Of a stretch of DNA of 64,000 nucleotides, positions 1-9,720 are shown one piece after another. The stretch is from Mycoplasmatales bacterium. GTDB lineage: Bacteria > Bacillota_I > Bacilli_A > Mycoplasmatales > JABABV01. How positions within the stretch are numbered: the first letter of the stretch is position 1; the number at the start of each line of letters is the position of its first letter. The stretch is taken from the NCBI GenBank assembly GCA_014238055.1, contig JABABV010000001.1, positions 184,938 through 248,937 on the forward strand, given 5' to 3'. A program made the translations under genes and the position numbers. The notes beneath the pieces are model-generated. The model was not told the DNA's origin, did no database searches, and saw only the letters and a list, made by a program, of their open reading frames with translations.

Positions 1-771
1 ATCTTTAGCTTGTAATTGATGTGCAATAGTAAAGACTCAATCTTTCATATTATATGTTTGTCCTGTTTTTGTATAAGTTATCACAGATTTGATCGGATCA
101 GCGGCGTAATCAGGGATGTTGGTTCCGCTTTTAGAAATGATTGCTGTAATCGTATGTTTTTGTTCATCGACAGTCGCTTGTCCTTTCATTCCTTTAAAAG
201 GATTAGGACTGCTTTTAATCGTTCCGCGTGTTGTATCGAATTCAGCTTTATCGCTAGCTTGTCATTTTCTTTGCTCATCTGTTCCATAAGTTCAACTAAA
301 TTTATCGATAACTTTCGTATTACGTGCTTGAGCAATTAATTGTTCCGGTGTTACTTTTAAAGCCAAAGCTTTAAAAACATTTCAACCATTGACTGGTTGA
401 TGCGAGCAAGTTCAATTTTTATAATCGTAAACTTCGTTATCTTTATATTCAATTTTAAAAGATGCTTTTTCTGATTTGACAGCATATGTAATGTCTAAAG
501 TAACATCATGATTAGTATCATCAGAATTACGATTGCTAATACTGAGTTTTGCTTCTGAAGCATCTTCTCAACCTACTGGTTTAGTTGCTTGGACGATTTT
601 CATAGCAGTTTCTGCATTAGCAGATTTTTTAAAATCATCCCAAGTATGTTTTTTGGCAGGATTTTGATGATTACCACAACTAATCGTCGCTAAACCTAAA
701 GTAGTGATCGATGCTATGCTAACGCTTGATGCAATAATTTTAAAAATTTTAATACTTTTTATATTTAACAT
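1..771 (-). CDS. Surface lipoprotein, paralogue A (3' end runs off the window)
   Basis: ATG at 771 (second ATG of ATGATG, GAGG upstream). Signal peptide then lipobox ...LGLATISC-GN. Frame stays open to position 1 when TGA is read as Trp. Clearly paralogous to 922-2121. Confidence 0.7.
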
Positions 772-870
772 CATTTACCTCTTTTTTAAAGATATTGTTT
801 TTAAAATGTTATTCTTAAAAAATTACTTATTATTAATAATATCTATATATTACAATTATAATATAAATAA

Positions 871-912
871 AAAAAATAAAAAAATTCTCATTAATTAAAA
901 TAAGAATTTTTT
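871..912 (-). terminator. Putative intrinsic terminator of lipoprotein B
   Basis: Arms AAAAAATTCT (879-888) / AGAATTTTTT (903-912) with a 14-nt loop, followed on the minus strand by a T-rich run. AT-only stem, so weak. Confidence 0.4.
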
Positions 913-921
913 TATTTTTCT

Positions 922-2121
922 TTAAAGAACGTTCTTAACTTCTCATACATTCGCAAAAGCGTTTCCGCCACCACTATTGTTAATGCCATTAGCATACATA
1001 TATTTAAAATCTAATATAATTTGATTAGCTCCTTTATCAGAATGACAAGAAAGAACCATTTCAGCTAAGACACCGATTTGCTGGCCTCCATTTTTAATAG
1101 CTCCGTTGAAAGTATTTCCACGAACATATTCTCAAGCAGTAATGTTACCAATATTATAATTGCTATCTTTCAAAACATTTGCTATCCCACCTGATGATGG
1201 TTCGTGATGTTTTGAAAGCTCATTTTCTTTCTGATTACCATTAATGTTATTTATAACGATTCAATTATTACTGTCAAAATTTTCAAAGTTATCTTTTACA
1301 TTTATTTTTTTAGCTAAATCAAGTGCTGCTAAAATACCACTATTTTTAGCAGCATCTTCAGATTGCAATTGTTTAATAGCGCTAAAGGTTCAATCTTTAA
1401 TATTATATGTTTGCCCTATTGTGCCATAAGTTATCATAGCTTTAATCGGATCAGCGGCATAATCAGGGATATTTTCTCCACTTTTAGAAATGATTGCTGT
1501 AATCGTATGTTTTTGTTCATCAACAGTTGCTTGTCCTTTCATTCCTTTGAAAGGATTAGAACTGCCTTTAATCGTTCCGCGTGTTGTATCGAATTCGGCT
1601 TTATCGCTAGTTTGTCATTTTCTTTGCTCATCTGTTCCATAAATTCAAGAAAGCTTATCAGTAACTTGACTATTACGTGCTTGAGCAATTAATTGTTCTG
1701 GTGTTATTTTTAAAGCTAAAGCTTTAAAATCATCCCAACCTACAGGTTGACTTACACAAGTTCAATTTTTAGAATCGTAAACTTCGTCATCTTTATATTC
1801 AATTTTAAAAGATGCTTTTTCCGATTTGGTATCGTAAGTAATATCTAAAGCGATGTCGTGATTAACATCATCAGAAACGCGATTAATAATATTTAATTTT
1901 GCTTCCGAAGCGTCTTCTCATCCTACTGGTTTAGTTGCTTGGACGATTTTCATAGCAGTTTCTGCATTTGCATCTTTTTTAAACTCGTTTCAAGTATGCT
2001 TCTTTGCAGCCGGACTTTTATGTCCACAGCTAATTGTAGTTAATCCTAAAGTAGTGAATAACGCTACACTAGAACTCGAAATAAAAATTTTAAATATTTT
2101 AACACTTTTTTTATTTAACAT
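922..2121 (-). CDS. Surface lipoprotein, paralogue B (399 aa)
   Basis: ATG 2121. MLNKKSVKIFKIFISSSSVALFTTLGLTTISC-GH lipobox. I traced the frame codon by codon from 1380 down to the TAA at 924-922 and found only TGA codons in frame. Confidence 0.75.
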
Positions 2122-2387
2122 AACTCACCTTTTTCAAGTATATTATTTTTAAATATATTATTAAAAAATTACGTATTATTGATTATATTTATATATTATA
2201 ATTATAATATAAATTAACAATTTGAATAACAATATAATGATTAATAATTATTTTAATCATTATATTGTTTTTAGATATTTAAAAAGTTAAAAAAAACACC
2301 TTTAAACGCTTATAAATAAGTGATAGAATAGAATTATAGAAATATCTATAATATTAATAATAATTAAAATTACGAATAGAGGAAAAA

Positions 2388-3062
2388 ATGAATACTTTAG
2401 AAGTAATTGCCCACACTATCGATGATGTTAAAAATATTGACCAATCGAAAGCAACGAGAATTGAACTATGTACTAATATGATGAATGATGGTTTAACACC
2501 ACCATTACAATTAATTGAAAATGCAGTTTCTTTAACTGATATTCCGATTATGGTTATGGTTAGAAACCATCATGCTAACTTTGTTTATGACGATAAAGAC
2601 TTTGCTCATATGTTAAGACAAATCGATAAACTTACTAGCATGGGAGTCCACGGAATCGTAATTGGTTGTTTAACTAAAACGAATAAAATTAATTATGCCC
2701 AAATGAAAAAAGTTAAAACAGCTGCTAAGAATTTAGAAATTACTTTTCATCGTGCCTTTGATTGAATCAAAGAAGAAGAAAAAGTTGAAGCTGCTAAGAA
2801 ATTGAAAAAAATTGGTATTGATCGAGTTATGACAATTGGTGATCCTAATCAAAATATTACTGATAATTGATCTATTTTGACAAAGATAAATGAAGAGATC
2901 GAACTTTTAGCTGGTGGAGGAGTTAATCATTCTAATGCTAAATTATTATCTAAACGAGGAATTAAACATTTCCACGTCGGAACTAGTGTTCGTGATAAAA
3001 AATCTTGACAAGGTCATATCATCCCAAAAAAAATAAATAAAATTTATAATAAAATTAATTAA
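2388..3062 (+). CDS. cutC: CutC-family copper homeostasis protein
   Basis: MNTLEVIAHTIDDV...RIELC...HRAFDW... is typical CutC TIM-barrel family sequence. Three in-frame TGA codons; TAA at 3060-3062. Confidence 0.75.
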
Positions 3063-3193
3063 TTGGCAAAAAAATAAATAACTATTTCAATACAAATTAG
3101 TTATTTATTTTTTTAAATAAAATTTTTTTAAAAAAGTCTTGTGTTTATCGCGAAATAAATATATAATTATAAGGCGATAAAAAATTAAATTAT

Positions 3194-3270
3194 CGGGAAG
3201 TGGCTCAGCTTGGTAGAGCACTCGGTTTGGGACCGAGGGGTCGCAGGTTCGAATCCTGTCTTCCCGACCA
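3194..3270 (+). tRNA. tRNA-Pro (UGG)
   Basis: Cloverleaf CGGGAAG...CTTCCCG-A-CCA, anticodon loop TTTGGGA, T-loop GGTTCGAATCC, encoded CCA. Confidence 0.9.
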
Positions 3271-3271
3271 T

Positions 3272-3346
3272 GGGGTGGTAGCTCAATCGGTAGAGCACCT
3301 GTCTTGCACACAGGAGGTCGCCAGTTCGATTCTGGTCCACTCCACC
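3272..3346 (+). tRNA. tRNA-Ala (UGC)
   Basis: Acceptor GGGGTGG/CCACTCC with the G3:U70 alanine identity pair, anticodon loop CTTGCAC, encoded CCA. Confidence 0.9.
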
Positions 3347-3359
3347 ATTTTTTTTATCA

Positions 3360-3436
3360 GGCTGGATAGCTCAGTTGGCTAGAGCACTCGGTTCATACCC
3401 GAAAGGTCGCGAGTTCGAATCTCACTCCCGCCACCA
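3360..3436 (+). tRNA. tRNA-Met elongator (CAU)
   Basis: GGCTAGAGC D-arm and anticodon loop TTCATAC as in Firmicute elongator tRNA-Met. One T:C mismatch at acceptor pair 4-69. Encoded CCA. Confidence 0.8.
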
Positions 3437-3437
3437 A

Positions 3438-3515
3438 TATGAACAAATCTTAATGAGGTATTTCAAATAATTAAATCAATTATTTGAAAGCAGGTTCAAC
3501 TCCTGAAAAGTTCAT
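3438..3515 (+). pseudogene. tRNA-like relic / tRNA-shaped element (no anticodon arm, no CCA)
   Basis: Acceptor-like ATGAAC/GTTCAT. Perfect 12-bp stem TTTCAAATAATT/AATTATTTGAAA with a 5-nt loop where the D and anticodon arms should be. Canonical T-arm CAGG-TTCAACT-CCTG, very close to that of the downstream tRNA-Ile2. Confidence 0.4.
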
Positions 3516-3520
3516 CTTTA

Positions 3521-3547
3521 AAAAGAATGTTAGTTCATTCTTTTTTA
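3521..3547 (+). terminator. Intrinsic terminator splitting the tRNA cluster
   Basis: AAAAGAATG / CATTCTTTT stem with loop TTAGTT, followed by a T-run. Confidence 0.55.
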
Positions 3548-3647
3548 TTTTAACAATTTTATAGCATATAAAAATTGTTTTATTAATACAATCGAATAAA
3601 AATTAAATTTTTTTCAAAAAGTTCTATACTTTTTAGCAAAAATATTA

Positions 3648-3653
3648 TATAAT
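3648..3653 (+). promoter_or_regulatory. Candidate -10 box (TATAAT) for the second half of the tRNA cluster
   Basis: TATAAT lies about 37 nt upstream of tRNA-Ile2, after the terminator. No convincing -35. Confidence 0.35.
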
Positions 3654-3690
3654 GAAATGGCGTTAATTAATGCCATAGCCAGAAATACAT

Positions 3691-3767
3691 GGACTCTTAG
3701 CTCAGTTGGTTAGAGCCACCGGCTCATAACCGGTTGGTCACAGGTTCGAGTCCTGTAGGGTCCACCA
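3691..3767 (+). tRNA. tRNA-Ile2 (CAU, lysidine-type)
   Basis: GGAC.CTTAGCTCAGTTGGTTAGAGC...GGCTCATAACC...AGGTTCGAGTCCT..GGTCCACCA closely resembles Firmicute tRNA-Ile2. Its position matches the known Mollicutes Met-Ile-Ser-fMet-Asp-Phe order. Confidence 0.75.
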
Positions 3768-3768
3768 C

Positions 3769-3861
3769 GGAGGAATACCCAAGTCTGGCTGAAGGGATCG
3801 GTCTTGAAAACCGGCAGGTCGCGAAAGCGGCGCGGGGGTTCGAATCCCTCTTCCTCCGCCA
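3769..3861 (+). tRNA. tRNA-Ser (UGA)
   Basis: GGAGGAA...TTCCTCC-G-CCA, anticodon loop CTTGAAA, long variable arm. Confidence 0.9.
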
Positions 3862-3867
3862 TTATAT

Positions 3868-3944
3868 CGCAGGGTGGAGCAGTTTGGTAGCTCGTCGGGC
3901 TCATAACCCGAAGGCCGTAGGTTCAAATCCTGCCCCTGCAACCA
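3868..3944 (+). tRNA. Initiator tRNA-fMet (CAU)
   Basis: C1:A72 mismatch (CGCAGGG...CCCTGCA-A-CCA) and GGG/CCC in the anticodon stem flanking CTCATAA. Confidence 0.9.
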
Positions 3945-3947
3945 TTA

Positions 3948-4023
3948 GGTTCTGTAGTGAAGTGGTTATCACGCCTCTCTGTCACAGAGGAGAACGCGGG
4001 TTCGAACCCCGTCAGAACCGCCA
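3948..4023 (+). tRNA. tRNA-Asp (GUC)
   Basis: GGTTCTG...CAGAACC-G-CCA, anticodon loop CTGTCAC. Confidence 0.9.
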
Positions 4024-4024
4024 T

Positions 4025-4100
4025 GGTTCAGTAGCTCAGTCGGTAGAGCAAGGGACTGAAAATCCCTGTGTCGGCGGTTCAATTCCGTCCTGAACCACCA
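4025..4100 (+). tRNA. tRNA-Phe (GAA)
   Basis: GGTTCAG...CTGAACC-A-CCA, anticodon loop CTGAAAA. Confidence 0.9.
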
Positions 4101-4133
4101 TTTATATCAATTATCAATAATGATATATTGGCC

Positions 4134-4165
4134 AAAAGCACCTTTTTTTAAAAAGGTGCTTTTTT
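4134..4165 (+). terminator. Intrinsic terminator after tRNA-Phe
   Basis: AAAAGCACCTTTTT / AAAAAGGTGCTTTT hairpin followed by a T-run. Confidence 0.7.
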
Positions 4166-4223
4166 AGTGCTTTTTTTCTTACATATATATTATAATAAAG
4201 ATAAATGTTGTTCGGAGGTACTT

Positions 4224-4877
4224 ATGCTTAAATATCGCTTAAATCTAAATCCAAAATACGTATTAATACATTTAAAGAATCATCATAAAATTAATTATCA
4301 TAATTTAGAAACAATCACTAGTAAAGATATCAAAATTCTTTATAGAGATTATTCTCAAGATATCGTTGATGATTTTGTGTGAAATTGTTTCGTTAAATAT
4401 TTCAACAAAAATATTCATAGTAATATTTATAATTTAAAAATGATCGAAAAAATTATTAAAAATTTAAAAATAAAACTAGATTTTTATGCTCATCGAGAAA
4501 TTCTAAATTTACACGAAAGCCAATTTACTAAAATCAGACCTTTGAAAACACAAGCAACGAGTGTTCAAGAATGGAAAAATGAAAAAATTTATTTTCAATT
4601 TTTAAACATTAAATTGACTTTTAATTCAACAATCAATTATTATAATAATAATTTAGGCGATTGTTATATTTCTAATAAAAGAATTATTTTTGTAAATGAT
4701 GAATTTGAAAAAACAATTTTAATCGATAAAGATTCCCAAATTAAAATCGAACGTCATAAAATTATTATTAAAAATTCAATAAATTTTAAAGATAAAAGCA
4801 TTATTAATATAAATAATCCAGAAACGTTTATGATTGCGATAAAGAGATCGTTTAATTTTAAACATTTAAAGAAATAG
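4224..4877 (+). CDS. Hypothetical protein (217 aa), C-terminal part resembles a bacterial PH-like domain
   Basis: GGAGG 5 nt upstream of ATG 4224. ORFs 4167-4382 and 4440-4877 share one frame and are joined by one TGA. No family recognised with confidence. Confidence 0.55.
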
Positions 4878-4887
4878 AGGTATGTGC

Positions 4888-6240
4888 ATGAAAAGAAAAT
4901 TTTTATGAGGAAGCGCTTTTTCAGGACCTCAAACTGAAGGTAAAGGACAAGGAAAATCACTTTCGACTTGAGATTATTGATTCCAAAAAGAACCACAAAA
5001 ATTTTATCATCAATTAGAAACTAGCAATGATTTTATCAATCAATATAAAACAGATATTAAACTAGCTAAAGAAGTTAATTTTAATTCTTTAAGAACTTCG
5101 ATTCAATGAACTTTTTTAATGCCTAATGGAAAAGACGTCAATCCCGCTGCTGTTACGTTTTACAATAATATGATCGATGAAATGTTGCAACAAGGAATTG
5201 TGCCAATTATTAATTTATTTCATTTTGATATGCCGATGTGATTAATGGACCAAGGTGGTTGAACGACTAAAGCAAGCATTGACGCTTTCTTACATTACGC
5301 AACGACTTGTTTTCAATTATTTGGTGATCGCGTAAAAACTTGAATGACATTCAACGAACCGATCGTTCACGTTGAATGTCAATATCTCTATCAATATCAT
5401 TATCCTTGTATTGAAAGTATTCCCCAAGCTCTGCAAGCGATGTGAAATACTATCATCGCTCATAAAGTAGTTGTTAAAAAATATCACGAATTAAATTTAG
5501 GTGGTGAAATTGGCATAATTTTAAATTTAAAATTACCAAAACCACGTAGTCAATCAGTTGAAGATCTCCAAGCTGCTAATTGAGCTGATATTTGACAAAG
5601 TCGCTGTTTCTTAGATGCTTGTTTAAAAGGTCAATTTCCAGAAGAGTTAATTAGCGAATCTAAAAAACGTAATTGAACTTGAAAAACAACTCCCGCAGAA
5701 TGAACTTTATTAAAAAATTACCCGATCGATTTACTAGGGCTTAATTATTATCAACCGTTAAGAGTTCAAGCGCCAACTAAACTAATAACTAAAGACTTGC
5801 CTGATCAATTGTTTTATAATGATTATCAAAAACCAGGCATTAAGATTAATAAATCGCGTGGTTGAGAAATATATCCTGAAGGTATTTACGAAGCGTTAAT
5901 GCACATTAAAAATAACTATAATAACATTCCTGTATATATCGCTGAGAACGGTACCGGAATCGAAGGCGAAGAAAAATTCGTTAATCAAAAAACGAAGATG
6001 ATCGAAGATGATTATCGCATTGAATTTTTAGGCGACCATATCGCTGCAGTTGAACGTGCCATTAAAGATGGTAGTAATTGTTTTGGATTTCATATGTGAA
6101 CTTATATCGATAATTGATCATGATTAAATTCTTATAAAAATCGCTACGGGATCGTTTCTTTAAATATCAATACCGGCCAAAGAACATTAAAAAAATCATA
6201 TTATTGATTACGAGATTTTATCGCTAATAAGGAGTTATAG
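4888..6240 (+). CDS. GH1 6-phospho-beta-glucosidase / beta-glucosidase
   Basis: MKRKFLWGSAFSGPQTEG..., acid/base motif TFNEP and nucleophile motif YIAENG. Many TGA=Trp codons. TAG at 6238-6240. Confidence 0.85.
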
Positions 6241-6243
6241 AAA

Positions 6244-8808
6244 ATGACAAAATGAAAGATTTATGTAGTCCCCCATACTCATTGAGATCGCGAATGATAT
6301 TTTTCACAAAGTCGCGCCAATACATTACTAGTTAATAATATGAAAGAAATTATTAAAGTTCTTGAAACTAATTCTAAATATCATAATTTTGTTTTAGATG
6401 GACAAATGTCAGTTATTAATGATTTAGAAGCTAATCATAAAAATTTATTACCACAAATTAAAGCACTTGCTAAAAGTAATAAATTACTTTTAGGACCGTG
6501 ATATTCACAACCTGATAGTTTTAATTCATTAGGTGAATCAATTATTAGAAATTTAGAATATGGAATTTCACAAAGTCAGCAATACGGTAATACTTTAGAT
6601 AGTGCTTATTTACCAGATTCTTTTGGTTTCAATCATAACTTACCACAAATATTTAATTATTTTGAACTTAAAAACATGATCTTTTGACGTGGCATGAAAA
6701 AAGAAGATAACGACAAAACGATTTACTTTAATTGAACAGGAGTTGATGGTAGTTCAATTCCTGCTTATTGTTATAATTCTGGTTATTGAGTTTTTGGTGG
6801 TGTTTTTCCATATTGCCAAATCACTCAAAAAAATTATCAAACTAAAACTCAAAAAATATTAGCAGACTTAAAACCTCATTTAGAGAAAATTAAAGCTCGT
6901 TCAAACGATACTAATAAATCAATCATCTTACCTTTCGGAGGCGATGAAGGTCCAATCACTAATGAACTTACATTAGTGATTGAAGAATTAAATAAAATCG
7001 ATGACGAACATAGTTGAGAGATTAGTAATTTCAAAACTTTTTTCAACGATGTTCCTGATCCTACTTATGAAATTAAAGATAGTCTTCATTGACCATACTT
7101 AGCGAGAATTCATCGTACGATAGCATCTTCAAGATATGACATTAAAAAATTATTTCGTCATTGTGAAACAAAACTATATTACGAACTAGAACCGTTACAA
7201 ATAATTTATCGACAAATCGATTCCAAATATCATAATCAAGAAATTATCGATGAAGCGATGAAGAAAATTTTAGTATCACAAGCGCACGATAGTTTAGGAT
7301 GTTGTAATAGTGATATTACTAATCGTGATATTACTAATCGCTTAACCCAAGCTCTAGAAATTATTAAAATGGAAATTGCAATCATTAAAAAGAAACTTTT
7401 CCATAAACTAAATTTAAATAAAGCAACTGATGTTCTTTGTTTTAATTTAGCACCTTACGCAAGAGCGGTTACTTTTGATAGTGTTATTTCTTCTACGAAT
7501 AAATTCATCAAAAGTAAAGAAGCTAAATTCGTTTTAGAAACTCGCGAAACGACTAAAAAATTTACTTTATTAGAACACGATCTTTATTATGAACATCAAG
7601 TTTCTATTAAAACTCCTAAAATGAAAGGTCTTAGTTTTCAAATTATGAAAATCGTTCATAGCGATGATAGTAAAGCTGAACATTTTAACAAGACTAATAT
7701 GATCGGTAATCCCGAACAACAAATTTGAGTTTATAAAGATTCAGTTTACTATAGTGAAAAAGATGAACATTTAAAAGATTTTATCAATATCTTACCGTTT
7801 GATGATTATGGTGATAGTTATGATTTTTCTCCTAATCCTCAAAATGATAAAACTACTAAAATTTCTGCCACTAATAAAGTAACTCATAATATTTCTCACC
7901 GTTTCTTTCAAATGGTTAGTTTTGTTCATAACGTTAAATATAGTAATGATTTAGAACAAAAATTTATGATTACGATTAAAAAGTGATTCGATAAGCCTTA
8001 TGACTTAACGATCACAACTGATAATAAATCAATCGATACTAAATGAGTTTTAAATATCGGTTTAGACGAAGAAATTGAGTTAGCTGATGTTTACGCTAGT
8101 CAATCATTAGCGATCGATATTCGCACAGATTTTACCGAACTAGATTGACGCGCTAAAGGTTATCCGGAATTTCCTTGTCCAATCGCAACTAACGATGGTT
8201 TAATTCATATTCCTAAAGTTGATAACTTCTCTTTATTAACTTTAGGAAATAATGAATTTAGAACTTTAGAACAATCGTTGCAAGTTACTTTATTTCGTAG
8301 TTATGGAAAGATTGGCCGTCCTGATTTAATTTGACGACCAGGTCGTCCTTCTGGAATAAGTTTAGAAACTCCAGATGCCCAACTACAAAAAGAATTGCAA
8401 TTTGATTTTCAATTTACTTTTAAAAAGACAAACATTGCTCGTATATTAAACGATTGATTTTTCAAAGCTGATTTGTATTACGCTAACAATCCAAATGATT
8501 TAGATTTTTATGCTGATCGTTTCGTGGTCAATTATGAACATCAACTAGAACCGGTTAAAGCGAGTCTTAATAATTTAGAAATCGATAGCGATTTTTTCGT
8601 TAGCTCATTTCGTATTTTTAAAAATCGATATTACAAATTAAGAATTTCTAATTTAAATGCAAAATCAAAAACTTTCACAATTAAAAAAGATAATCACATT
8701 TTAGAATTTGCTATTGAAAAACATTTTCAACAAAAAAGTTATTCATTTATTAATGAAGAAGTTGAAATTAAACCTCAACAATTTTTAACAATTATTATTA
8801 AAATTTAG
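6244..8808 (+). CDS. GH38 alpha-mannosidase (MngB-like)
   Basis: N-terminus MTKWKIYVVPHTHWDREWYF..., then GPWYSQPD and LPDSFG motifs of GH38. AAGGAG upstream. Fragments 7258-7728 and 8473-8808 are in the same frame. Confidence 0.85.
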
Positions 8809-8819
8809 AAAGGTTGATT

Positions 8820-9692
8820 ATGAAAAAAAAATATTTAGCAGTTGATATCGGGGGCACTTTTATAAAGTTAGCAATTCTTGATGAGAAAGGTAACTTTCAT
8901 AAAGAAACTAAAATTCCCACAATTAAAACTTATGATGCTTTAATTGCAAGTTTAAAAAAATTTATCGACCAAGAAATTATAGTAGCTATTACTTTCGCTC
9001 TACCTGGAACAGTTGATGAAGAAACAGGTACTATTGGCGATGCTAGCGCTGTTAACTTTATTATTAATTCACCTTTTAAGAAAAATTTAGAAACAGCTTT
9101 TCCCGGAATTGCTATTAGTATGGAAAATGATGCTAACGCTGCTTTGCTTGGTGAATTTTGACAAGGTGGTTTTCAAAAATATAAAAACTTAGTTTCTGTA
9201 GTAATTGGTACTGGTATCGGTGGCGCGATTATGATTAATCGAGAAATATATAAAACGTATAATAATATTAATGGTGAGTTTGGATATGCTTTATTAAGTG
9301 ATAAAAAGACGATCTTATCACGTAGTTCTTCAACTAAAGCAATTCTTGAACGCTACAACCAAAAATTTGAAACTAACTTTATTGTTGGTGATGATCTTTT
9401 TAATGATTATTTACAACGTAATAACGAAGAGCAAAATTGATTTATCGATAATATTATCGAACCATTAATAAAATTACTTTCTAATATTAAATATTTTTTA
9501 AATCCTGATGCCATTATTATTGGTGGCGGAATTTCAAAAAATAAAATATTTATTGAATTATTAATTAATAACGTTAAGAAGCGTTTTAAAAATATTTCCG
9601 AATATAATGAACCGCCTTTAATAGTTGCTTCTAAATTAGGTAATAGAGCTAACTTACTCGGTAGTTTATTTCACTTTTTACAAAAAAAATAA
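8820..9692 (+). CDS. ROK-family sugar kinase
   Basis: KYLAVDIGGTFIKLAILD ATP-binding start and ENDANAAALGE-like motif (ENDANAALLGEFW). ATG 8820 follows GAAAGG. Confidence 0.8.
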
Positions 9693-9720
9693 AAATAAGG
9701 TAACCCTTATTTTTATTTTT
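9691..9720. terminator. Bidirectional terminator between the convergent ROK and PTS genes
   Basis: AAAAATAAGG / CCTTATTTTT with loop TAAC, flanked by an A-run and a T-run. Confidence 0.6.

Larger units (their letters stand above)
1..2225. repeat. Tandem duplication (period about 1347 bp) of lipoprotein gene plus its upstream region
   Basis: 16-880 aligns with 1363-2225 at a constant offset of 1347 nt (a multiple of 3). The similarity continues past the start codons into the promoter-proximal AT-rich sequence. Confidence 0.8.

Noticed and set aside
16-1692. Plus-strand ORFs 16-339, 704-898, 1244-1429 and 1363-1692
   Set aside because: They lie antisense to the two lipoprotein genes. The minus-strand genes have start codons, SD sequences, signal peptides and lipoboxes. 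The plus-strand translations are low-complexity and Cys/Phe/Ser-rich, and the pair 16-339 / 1363-1692 merely mirrors the duplication.
3105-4093. ORFs 3105-3311(-), 3200-3382(+), 3710-3904(-), 3734-4093(+) and 3738-3941(-)
   Set aside because: They are translations across the GC-richer tRNA genes, with no SD or start context. The region is fully explained by eight cloverleaf tRNAs.
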